Assembly (NCBI GenBank): GCA_951406725.2
Contig: OX597820.1
Location: forward strand, 41,230,001 to 41,294,000
Reading direction: 5' to 3'
DNA: 64,000 nt
Origin: Octopus vulgaris
Taxonomy: Eukaryota
Below the pieces are notes generated by a model, which was given only the letters and a program-made list of their open reading frames with translations, made no database searches and had not been told where the DNA came from. This document shows positions 1 to 12,320 of the stretch, piece by piece. Both the position numbers and the translations under genes were made by a program. Every line of letters begins with the position of its first letter. Within the stretch, counting starts at the first letter, position 1.

Positions 1-94
1 AAATAATCTATCAACACTGTCATTAACATTCTGACATCAACACCACCATAGTCATTATAATCAACATCACACTTAGTATTATCACCACCAACAC

Positions 95-930
<836 letters not shown>

Positions 931-1277
931 AACACTGCCACTGTCATCTCTATTGCCCCTCATTGCCAGCACTTCATCGCAATGTCTGCATTAGTTTGAC
1001 TTCAGAGATGACACTTTCCATGCAAGGACACCAGACCTGAATTGAATACTGGCATTGTCACAGCTATAAATGGGAAATAGACAAAACAACAAATGCTTTC
1101 AACAACTAAAACATCCATGGCTATTATCATTTACCCTTTCAATGCTGTATAGTTGTTACCGTTGTCCCTAACAACTTGCCTCGCCATTATTTATTTGTGC
1201 AATGTTTACAGCTGACTGCATCCACCCCATCTTTCCCGCTTTCATTACACTCTTAAACAACTATCATCACAGTCTTC

Positions 1278-1562
1278 ATCCTCTTCTTCTTCCCCCTCTT
1301 CTTCTTCTTCTTCTTCTTCTTCTTCTTCTTCTTCTTCTTCTTCTTCTTCTTCTTCATCCTCCTCCTCCTCCTCTTCCTCCTCCACATTGATATTATCGTC
1401 ATCGTCAACACCACCACCACCACCACCACCGCCACCATCACCACCGCCACCACCACCACCTCCTTCATCATCATCATCATCATCATCATCACTGCCGGCA
1501 CGATCAATAGTATCATGGTCGTCTTCCTAATCGACATCTCCAACATAACCGTAAACAAGTGA

Positions 1563-1596
<34 letters not shown>

Positions 1597-1765
1597 CATA
1601 TATGCATATATGAATGTATGCATGTATGTGGTTATATATGTATATACGTATATATGCATATACACACACATATATATGTATGTATATATGTATACACACA
1701 CACACATATATATATGTATGTATATATATATTTATATATATATATAGAGAGAGACAGAGAGACAG

Positions 1766-1821
<56 letters not shown>

Positions 1822-1824
1822 GTG

Positions 1825-1871
<47 letters not shown>

Positions 1872-1905
1872 ATATATATATATATACATATATATATATA
1901 CATAT

Positions 1906-1959
<54 letters not shown>

Positions 1960-1969
1960 GTGTGTGTGC

Positions 1970-2007
<38 letters not shown>

Positions 2008-2010
2008 ATA
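1278..2010. repeat. Compound microsatellite: (CTT)n, (CCA)n, (CAT)n, (AT)n, (GATA)n, (GT)n
   Basis: Directly visible. The block (GATA)n-GATGTGTGTGTGCA-(TA)n-(TG)n occurs twice (about 1767-1870 and 1908-2007). Confidence 0.95.
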
Positions 2011-2746
2011 TTACATGCGTGTGGTTATGTGTATATGTTAGAATAAGTTTAAGCATATGATTTATTGGTATATGTATGTGCGTATACGATGTGAAACTTT
2101 ACACATCCCAGAGTGAGGCGGAGAGGATGAAAAGAAGCCTTCGATCGGAATATGAAACAAGTATGCATTGCTTGCCATGTTAGTTTAGTTTGTTATGCAT
2201 GCCCAATAAGCTGAAGTGTATTGGTCACGATACATCATCGCCACCCATGCAACAAGCAGACTTATCACCTTCACCACCATAATCATAATCAGTATTATCA
2301 CTAACATCGAGTACAAAATGATCGCTGACAATAACAGGTTAAACGATAGTTGCAGGTAATGCAGGCTGGTAACGGAAGCGAAGTTGGAAGCGCCAGCAGA
2401 ACTTGTAGTCGAGTTATTTCAACTAAAATGACGCAGAGGATAGTATAATAATTTTGAAGCTAATTAAATCAGATTTGAGAACACAGTGTTTCTGAATGGC
2501 TTCAGAAATAAATAGATAAATTCTTACACAAACTAGCGTTTAAATCAATGCTTTAATTTCATCCTTTTCTTATTGCATATAGTTTATTATTTCTATTGTT
2601 CATCATTTATTATATGCTTTACGTAAATTTTCTGCCGACGATATATCCAGTGAACAACTTTCCGACTGTTCTTCCCCTATTAAATTTAGTTTTAAAGAAG
2701 ACACAGATGGGCATTTGTATAGCTAGCTAGCTATATATATATATAT

Positions 2747-2813
<67 letters not shown>

Positions 2814-2826
2814 CATACATACATAG

Positions 2827-2867
<41 letters not shown>

Positions 2868-3259
2868 AAGAAAGAGAGAGAGAGGGAGGGGAAGGAAAAA
2901 TGCATGCATGTCTCCATGCATCAAAGGACGGATGAACTCATGAATGTCAACGGCCATTCAATAATGTATATTCAGGCTTAATCCTGTTACTGCCTATGTA
3001 AAGCGTTAGCTCCTGCAGCAGTCATCGATAAATAGGTGACTTCAGTGCACGATACAGAGTGGACGTGCAGAAGATTGACACGTTTCTAACATTGAGCTGG
3101 CACAACAGGTTCTGTCAGCAACGACGCATGAGAATGAGCATGAATGCGTGGCGGACCGCATTACTGGGAGTGAAAGTCCCCGGTCCTTGTTAAAATATCA
3201 CTCTAAGAGAACGAATGGCCGCAAATGATGTTAACTACTTCTTTTTCTTTTTTTGGGGT

Positions 3260-3866
3260 GGTGCGTAACTGGTACTTAATTTATCGACCCCGAAAGGATG
3301 AAAGGCTAAATCGACCTCGGCGGAATTTGAACTCAGAAAGTAACGGCAGACGAAATACCTATTTCTTTACTACGCACAAGGGGCTAAACACAGAGGGGAC
3401 AAACAAGGACAGACAAAGGGATTAATTCGATCACATCGACCCCAGCATGTAACTTGTACTTAATTTATCGACCCCGAAAGGATGAAAGGCAAAGTCGACC
3501 TCGGCGGAATTTCAACTCAGAACGTAGCGGCAGACGAAATACCTATTTCTTTACTACCCACAAGGGGCTAAACACAGAGGGGACAAACAAGGACAGACAA
3601 AGGGATTAAGTCGATCACATCGACCCCAGCGTGTAACTTGTACTTAATTTATCGACCCCGAAAGGATGAAAGGCAAAGTCGACCTCGGCGGAATTTCAAC
3701 TTAGAACGTAGCGGCAGACGAAATACCTATTTCTTTACTACCCACAAGGGGGTATAAACAGAGAGAATAAACAAGGACAGACAAATGGATTAAGTCGTAA
3801 AGGCAAACGAAATACCGCTAAACATTTCGCCCAGCGTGCTAAAGATTCTACCAGCTCGCCGCCTTC
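3260..3866 (-). mobile_element. tRNA-derived SINE family A (Nin/Deu-like core), head-to-tail concatemer of 4 units with a 184 bp period
   Basis: CGAAATACCTATTTCTTTAC recurs at 3351, 3535 and 3719. The minus strand has head GAAGGCGGCGAGCTGG (box A-like), B box GAGTTCAAATTCC and core GTCGACTTTGCCTTTCATCCTTTCGGGGTCGATAAATTAAGTACC. It matches the monomers at 26260, 39778, 59609 and 62733. Confidence 0.9.
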
Positions 3867-5269
3867 AACATTTTAAGTAATAATGTTAAATAATTATTAA
3901 AAATTTAAGAAAAAATATTATCATTGCATGTTTCATTGGGTTTATGTATTATTACTGAAAAACAATATAATAACAAAAAGCTGTAGAACAGTTTACTCGA
4001 ATAACAGATTTGATATCACAGAATTGTCTGCCTTGGTTGTAGTGCACAGAGTTTACCATTAAGATGATGATTTATCTCCTCACTAAAATTGTAATTATGA
4101 TAAATTAATATTTCTTGGCTCACTACATTAAATATATTAACACCAATATACAAAATATATTTGATAGTTTATGATAGGGTTATGTAGAGCAGTGTAGTAG
4201 TGGTTTTGACACAATGGAGACGAGGAGATGCTTATATATAAAATATATAGCCTAGAAGCACTGACGTCTACCAATAAAGGTAGTTTAATGTCACGACTTC
4301 ACCACTTCAGGTTTCTATTTTAATTTTATTGCACCCTTCCTGAAACCTGTTGGTGTGAGATGGTTCGGGTGGACCTTGACAGTGATATATATATATTCAG
4401 AGAAGAAGCGTCCATAAAATATATAAAGGTGTCTAAGGTTGGTATGCATATGCATGGACGTATGCACACACACACACACACACATACACGTACGCACGAC
4501 GTGCGCACGCATGCACCAACTCGATCAAACGAGTTCTTAATTGACTGTTTGAAATCTCAGACTGACAAGTTGCAAGATTAAATATTAAAAAAAATTCTTT
4601 TGACACAAAACTACGTCACCGTCATGCTAGAATAAGCAAATGATGAACTCATATAATAAATAAATTATTTCTTTAGTCGAAATTGATGGTCATGTACCGA
4701 AGTAGTAGCAAAGCAAGAGATAACCAGATTGAAATACAGAAATAATGTACATCTTCCAAAATGCAGCTTAATATCTATGTATGTATGTATATGTGAATAT
4801 ATATATTTACACACACATATGTAAATATATATATATATATATACGTATATATATATTTACGTGTATGTGTGTGGGTGTGTGTATGTATGTGTATATATTA
4901 AAAAACACAAGAGCCTGAAGAGATTCTATCTTATATTATTCAAAATGATAATTCTCATCATTAGATTTAATCCAATTCTTGAAATTATGAATTTTTGATA
5001 GGGTGGAATAGAAACGTACGTAGGTTTATTTGTATTCAGTTTTTGCCTTGGAATTATGTCAATAAATTAATTTACATCTTACCATTTTCTGACCTTTTAT
5101 TAAATGATACTTATAATAAGCCCTTACATATCGTGGAGACTTCCATCGAATGTGATTAAACCAGTGTAATTTTGTATATTTTAATTAATCCCTTAGAATC
5201 GACTATATACATACATACATAGATACATACACACACAGGCATATATAGATAGGTAGATGGATATATAGA

Positions 5270-5590
<321 letters not shown>

Positions 5591-6259
5591 TACAGGAAAG
5601 ATTAGAATACACATACACACATAAACATGAATAAAAAAAAAAAGCAATGTAGAAATGGGGAAAAAGATACACAATAACACCTCTGGCAAAGAAACTGAGA
5701 TTTGCAATGAAATCTTGAGACTTCGCTGGAAGAAACTGAAGACTTGCGATTTTGAATGATGGACGGGCGTTACAATTATTAAGACAAAAAGACTAAAAAC
5801 ATGATTACAAAAGCCTTCTGTCAAAATCTGCTTCCTGCAAACGTTTCATTCGACGTTGACAACAGCATAAGTAGCTGCATGTAGTGTAGACTTGTCGCCA
5901 CGGAATCCGGCCAAATGCACGGAGTCTCAGCTAATAAATTGGGTAGGAGTGATGAATGGGAATAGGAATATATGAGAAGAAAAGAAGAAAAAAACAAAGC
6001 AGGCATTTTTCTTAAACTTTAGATTGATACGGTTTTGTGATTGTTAGTGTGATTACCTGCACGCGTAAGTGTATGTGTGTATGTAAGCATAATGAGTATA
6101 TGTGTGTGTGTGTGTGTGTGTGTGTATATGCCACTGCGTAATGGATATGTGTGTTTGCGTATTCTGTACGAGCATGCGTTGTTTCAACGTTTGCAAGTTG
6201 AATAAGTGTGCTTCTTTCTCTATGTTTGATCGTAAGGAATGTGTGCGTAGTTATGTACG

Positions 6260-6306
6260 TATATATATATATATATGTATGTGTACACATGCACACATGC
6301 ATGTGT

Positions 6307-6397
<91 letters not shown>

Positions 6398-6484
6398 GAT
6401 ATATATACATATATATATATACATATATATATACATATATATATGTATGTATATATACATATATATACATATATATATAGATAC

Positions 6485-6576
<92 letters not shown>

Positions 6577-6608
6577 ATAGACAGACAGACGGACAGACAG
6601 ACAGATAA

Positions 6609-6687
<79 letters not shown>

Positions 6688-6830
6688 TTCGTCTGTCTGT
6701 CTGTCTCTGGTTGGCTGGTTGGCTGGTTGGCTAGCTGGCTGTATGTATGTATTTATGTAGGAAGGTAGGTCGGTATGCGGGAAGGTAGGTAGGTAGGTAG
6801 GTAGATATGAAGGTAGGTAAGTAGGTAGGT
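6260..6830. repeat. (AT)n, (GATA)n, (GGTA)n compound microsatellite
   Basis: Directly visible tandem runs. Confidence 0.95.
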
Positions 6831-7092
6831 GTAGTTTAAATTTCGAGATGCATCAGTGTTTTAAGTCACAAACAATTTACCTTAATTCAGAAACTAAATA
6901 TGGAAACGTGAAATAACAAACGCTGTGTTTCTTCATTTTAAATATTTATTTAGATTTCAAGTGCCGATGAAATGATGGATATTTATTCTATGAACGTATA
7001 ATAAGTCCATTATAGAACCATATGTCCAAAAGTTATTTAAATAAATCATTTAAAATATTATATTACACACATACATTTAAATATATATACTT

Positions 7093-7139
<47 letters not shown>

Positions 7140-7239
7140 GTGCGTGTGTGCATAGTGTATGTACGTATGTATCTGTGTATGTGTATGTATGTGCTTGCTT
7201 GTGTGTGTGTCTATACATGTTTATGTATATATAGATATG

Positions 7240-7289
<50 letters not shown>

Positions 7290-7303
7290 TATATGTATAT
7301 ATA

Positions 7304-7349
<46 letters not shown>

Positions 7350-7548
7350 GATATCTGCACGTACACATAAATGCGTGCACGGAAACAGACACACAGAAAC
7401 ACATTCGCACACAGAGAAAAGAAAAGAGTGTGTGCACAAAAAAAATAAAAAAAAAAGTAAAAGTTTTTTAATTGATGGCAATCTGCTGGCGTGTCACGTA
7501 AACGATCCAGTTTCAAATTACGGTTGAAACATTTTTGAGATATTTTAT

Positions 7549-8368
7549 GGGATCTTTCCAGTTCAGTTCACATCGTCCGATTTTGTTCAAATTCTCTACA
7601 CCGATGTAGCTTTGCATTCTAATGATGAAAATAGCGTTCACTTTTGATGCAAATAAAAACGAAATGTTATATACCTTTCAAATCTTTAAATTTCATCTAA
7701 TCGAAATACTTCATTATCGATACACATGAACTAGCACTTGTTTCAACCATTGCCAGCTATACACATGAAATTAAGGATTAGGAATTAATATTAGGATTCA
7801 AGGTTTAGTTCTGGCTAGTGGCAGTGTTAGTGTTAGAGGTTGTGTTAGGGATTGTGATAGGCTTAGGGTTCCGGGTTTCAGTTTAGGGTTATTGGTTAGG
7901 GTAAGTGTTCAGGTTTATGTTTAAGATTGTGAGAAACAATCGCCTGGATAATAGAATGTCGTTGTAGTTTACTTGTTTTCTCTTAGTTCAGAACTTTCCG
8001 TTACATTTTACTTCCATATTCCAAAAGCTGTGTATGATTTTCATTTTATTATACTATATATTCATGTTCAAAGATGTTTCCTGATGTTTTTAAAGTACTT
8101 GTTAGATGTGAAAAAAAAAAAAAGAAGAAAAAAAGAAAAAAATTCCATGTTTCGGTAATGTTTTTATCTTCAAGTGGTCAACACATACAAATTGGGACTT
8201 CCGGTATACTGATAATGGCGAAAATTTTCAGCGGCAAAGTTTTGTAACATTTTTAATAATAATTTCTATCGAAAATGAGTGAGATTTCCATCAATTAGCA
8301 CGCAAATCTCCCCTACTTTGGAAAATTTGAATAAAATCGAACAGTGTGATCGAAACTGGAAATATCCG
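7549..8368. mobile_element. Old non-autonomous DNA transposon (MITE-like) with ~50 bp degenerate TIRs and an internal TTAGGG-like tract
   Basis: Left end GGATCTTTCCAGTTCAGTTCACATCGTCCGATTTTGTTCAAATT resembles the reverse complement of the right end, GGATATTTCCAGTTTCGATCACACTGTTCGATTTTATTCAAATT. There is no ORF and no clear TSD. Confidence 0.65.
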
Positions 8369-8544
8369 ATTTGCCTGTTTATTCCTATTTACTCATATTC
8401 TTATTTTAGCTTATATTCCTGTTTTAGCATTAAGTAATATAAAACTACATTGTATTTTAAGAGAAACGCTGAAAGAAATCAACATCTTTTAAAAGTGGAA
8501 ATCTGGAGACGAAACTTCGGTTAGACGTGCATGCTAATAATGGC

Positions 8545-8685
8545 TTCAGATTTTGACACAAGGCTAACAATTTTGAGCGGAGGGGGGGGGGTCAGGTCGA
8601 TTACATCGACCTCAGTACTCAGATGGTATTTATTTTATCGACTCTGAAAGGATAAAAGGCAAAGACGACCTTTCGGCGGAATTTT
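8545..8685 (-). mobile_element. Degenerate SINE family A-related fragment
   Basis: GTCGATTACATCGACCTCAGTACT...TTTATCGACTCTGAAAGGATAAAAGGCAAAGACGACC matches the family A core. Confidence 0.75.
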
Positions 8686-9555
8686 CCTTATCGAATCGAA
8701 GGTCACAAAGGTTAACGATTTGCTACGTAATATAAAGTCTGAATAAAAGACGTGATGGTTACGGCTGGAATGCTTCGTCAACATATTGCTCACATGATTT
8801 TGCTGAAAAGAGCTAAACAATCGTTAACTTACACACATTTTTCTCTCTCTCTCTCTCTCTCTCTCACTCTCTCTCTCTCTCTTTCTATCACTCTTTTATT
8901 CTTACGTATTCACGCGTGCACTCGCACTCATTCTCGCAAAAACACACACACCATATACGCGAGTATATCCTTTTCTCTCTGTCTCTGTCTCTCTCTCTAT
9001 CTGTATTTCTCTCTCTCTAACATTCTCACTCTCCTTGCTTATCACTCCTTTCCTTGGCCTTCCTCACCGCTTTCTCTACCACTGCACAGTTTCCCCACAT
9101 TCTTTTCCTCAAGTGGAACACTGTGTTACTCATCCAAATTTTCGCCGTCATAAATCTTTTAATTTCAAACAAATCCCTCCAACCAGCAACTTTAACAACT
9201 TTATTTTCTTTCTCTCATTCATATCCACACGCACAGTCTGGTAGACTCGCACATTAATCCGTTACTTCGTTTGACTTACTGACTCGCTGACTCACTGATT
9301 CACTCATGCACACACTTCCTAATTCATTCATTCATTCATTCATTCAATCATTCATTCCTTCATTCATTCCTTCATTCATTCCTTCATTCATTCAGGTATT
9401 GATTCAGTTTATCATTCACTCACCGCACTTAAATTCTCTAAATCAATCAATCAAGTTGTTAATCAGATATTATTGCATGTAATTAGCACACTCCAAAAGC
9501 AAAAGTTTAAATGAATATTACAGAGAAAAACGCAAATTTACTGATGTGTTCTGAT

Positions 9556-9658
<103 letters not shown>

Positions 9659-9659
9659 C

Positions 9660-9700
<41 letters not shown>

Positions 9701-9734
9701 TACCTGTGTGTGTGTATGTATGTATGTATGTATG

Positions 9735-9766
<32 letters not shown>

Positions 9767-9815
9767 GTGTGTGTGTATTTATATATATATGTATATATAT
9801 ATATATGTATGTATG

Positions 9816-9849
<34 letters not shown>

Positions 9850-9852
<3 letters not shown>

Positions 9853-10072
9853 AGGCGCAATGGCCGAGTGGTTAGGGCAGCGGACTTGCGGTCGGAGGAT
9901 CGCGGTTTCGATTCCCAGACCGGGCGTTGTGTGTGTTTATTGAGCGAAAACACCTAAAAGCTCCACGAGGCTCCGGCAGGGGATGGTGGTGATCCCTGCT
10001 ATACTCTTTCACCACTCTAAAAGGCGGTGCTCCAGCATGGCCGCAGTCAAATGACTGAAACAAGTACAAAAA

Positions 10073-10090
<18 letters not shown>
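9850..10090 (+). mobile_element. Chimeric SINE: family B 5' half joined to family C 3' tail and poly(A)
   Basis: 9850-10015 matches the first ~165 bp of the copy at 60441 (A box TGGCCGAGTGG, B box GGTTTCGATTCC). 10021-10066 matches the 3' end of the family C copy at 52566-52626 (reverse complement). Confidence 0.85.
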
Positions 10091-10161
<71 letters not shown>

Positions 10162-10189
10162 AAATATTTATGTTTATCAAATGTTTTCT

Positions 10190-10380
10190 CCGAGCCGCAA
10201 GCACATAAGGCCAGTTTCCCCGAATTCTGAAACATATGTGCTCCCCACGTGCACCTGGACGGGACGCCTGTCTGTCGTGAAATTACTCAATGTTGTCAGC
10301 TGATTGACAGAAACAACAAGAAATTACGTGTTTTGCTTAAGAACATAACACATAATCCTCTCCACGAATCGAAACTAAAG
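10190..10380 (-). mobile_element. Degenerate SINE fragment (Meta/CORE-like domain)
   Basis: GAAATTACGTGTTTTGCTTAAGAACATAAC resembles GAAATGAAGTGTCTTGCTCAAGGACACAAC of the 11574-11898 element. Confidence 0.5.
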
Positions 10381-11246
10381 TATCAAGCATCACATAAAAC
10401 TCTTGGATCTTAAGTTATATTCGTAACTTTTATTAATGAAAGCATATATATTCAGGCTTTCAGTACTATTCTCCTCTTCGTTGTACCAACAATATACATA
10501 CTACACACACACATACACAAATATATATATATATATATATAATTAGATAAATATATACATATTTATGTATTCATATGCGTCTGTTTTTACACACACACAA
10601 ACACATGCATATACATATATGTGAATGTGTGTGCCTGAGTGCGTATGTGTGCGTGTCTGTCTGTCTGTATGTATATTTGTATGTATGCATGTTTGTGTAT
10701 GTGTGTATGTATGCCTGCATGTATGTTTAGACAGGTGCACACTGTTACGCTAACACAGTGAAACAGAACTGCATATAAACAAATAGGCAAAATGGCAAAA
10801 TTTCAAAGAGATTGCCAGGTTCACTTCTAGAGACAAGACATCCAAAGACAAAAGCGAACTACATCAAACACACTGTAGTCATATAAACGGAAAAACTGTA
10901 AATAGAAGCAAATGCATGCATAGACGAACCAACGGAAACAACCGAAATGCATCGAAATACGCCGACGCTCTGACGCCTCGGCACAGTATATAATTTAGTA
11001 ATTAAGTATGAATTATTGTTAATACATTTGTTTCTTCTTTACTGAACTGAACATAATTACTATTCGTACACCCACTTTGCCCATTTGCATATTAGACACA
11101 TTCTCACACATATGCATGCACGAACAAACAGTAGTTTCTAACGCTAATATGTGTGTGAGTGTGTATGCGTGTGTGTGTGTGTCAGTGGGAGAGTTTCATA
11201 ATATATATGCATGCATATGCGTATGTATATAATAATATCATATATG

Positions 11247-11291
<45 letters not shown>

Positions 11292-11573
11292 TAAAGTAAA
11301 TCTATTTCTTAAAGTTCGGTGTGTGGTAAAGTAAATCTTTTTTGCTGAACCCTAATTATATAAGGTAATGTTTGAATATACCGTAAATGGTCCTTTTACA
11401 TACTGAACACTACTTGGTAAAATTATTAATTACTAATTAATTAATTTTACCCTTATTATATCTATACATGTATGTATGCGTCCATATGCACACAATTTTC
11501 CCTCTCACTCGTATGTCTTTGTCTTCGATAATCCTAATTTTAACCAGTGGCACACTCAAGGGGCTACTATATA

Positions 11574-11898
11574 GGAGCACTCCGTCGCTTACGACGACGA
11601 GAGTCCCAGCTCATACGATCAACGGAACAGCCTGCTCGTGAAATTAACGTGCAAGTGACTGAGCAATCCACAGACACGCGTATCCCTAACGTAGTTCTCA
11701 GGGTGATTCAGCGTGACACAGAGTGTGACAAGGCCGGCCCTTTTGAAATACAGGTACAACTCATTTTTGCCAGTTGAGTGGACTGGAGCAACGTGAAATG
11801 AAGTGTCTTGCTCAAGGACACAACGCGTCGCCGGGAATAGAACTCACGACCTTACAATCGTGAGCCGAATGCCCTAACCACTAAGCCACGCGTCTTCA
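11574..11898 (-). mobile_element. tRNA-derived SINE (B' variant) with a Meta/CORE-like middle, the family B 3' half and a TSD
   Basis: Minus-strand head GAAGACGCGTGGCTTAGTGGTTAGGGCATTCGGCTC...GAGTTCTATTCCC, followed by GTGTCCTTGAGCAAGACACTTCA. The 3' ~185 bp is shared with the 58603 and 60441 copies. Direct repeat TCAAGGGGCTACTA at 11556-11569 and 11896-11909. Confidence 0.88.
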
Positions 11899-12056
11899 AG
11901 GGGCTACTAGTATGTATTTAAAGTGTCTAAATTTTGAAAGCTCAGAAACTGCGCTGATTCTTGCTGATGAAAGTTGTTCCATATTCAGTGTGCCTTTTTC
12001 CGTTAAATGTCTTTATGTCCCGCTTTGACTATCACTATATATGTGCTTATAAATAT

Positions 12057-12320
<264 letters not shown>

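Noticed and set aside
3260-3866. CRISPR-like regular repetition (also at 60256-60390)
   Set aside because: The units are wholly repeated with no unique spacers, there are no cas genes, and the context is eukaryotic.
7775-7925. Telomere or chromosome-fusion site
   Set aside because: There are only a few exact TTAGGG units, the tract is highly degenerate, and it is enclosed in a MITE-like element.
9851-9925. Possible tRNA gene (also at 58915-58991, 60441-60515 and 63700-63775)
   Set aside because: A and B boxes are present, but there is no proper acceptor stem or terminator and each runs into a repeated SINE body.
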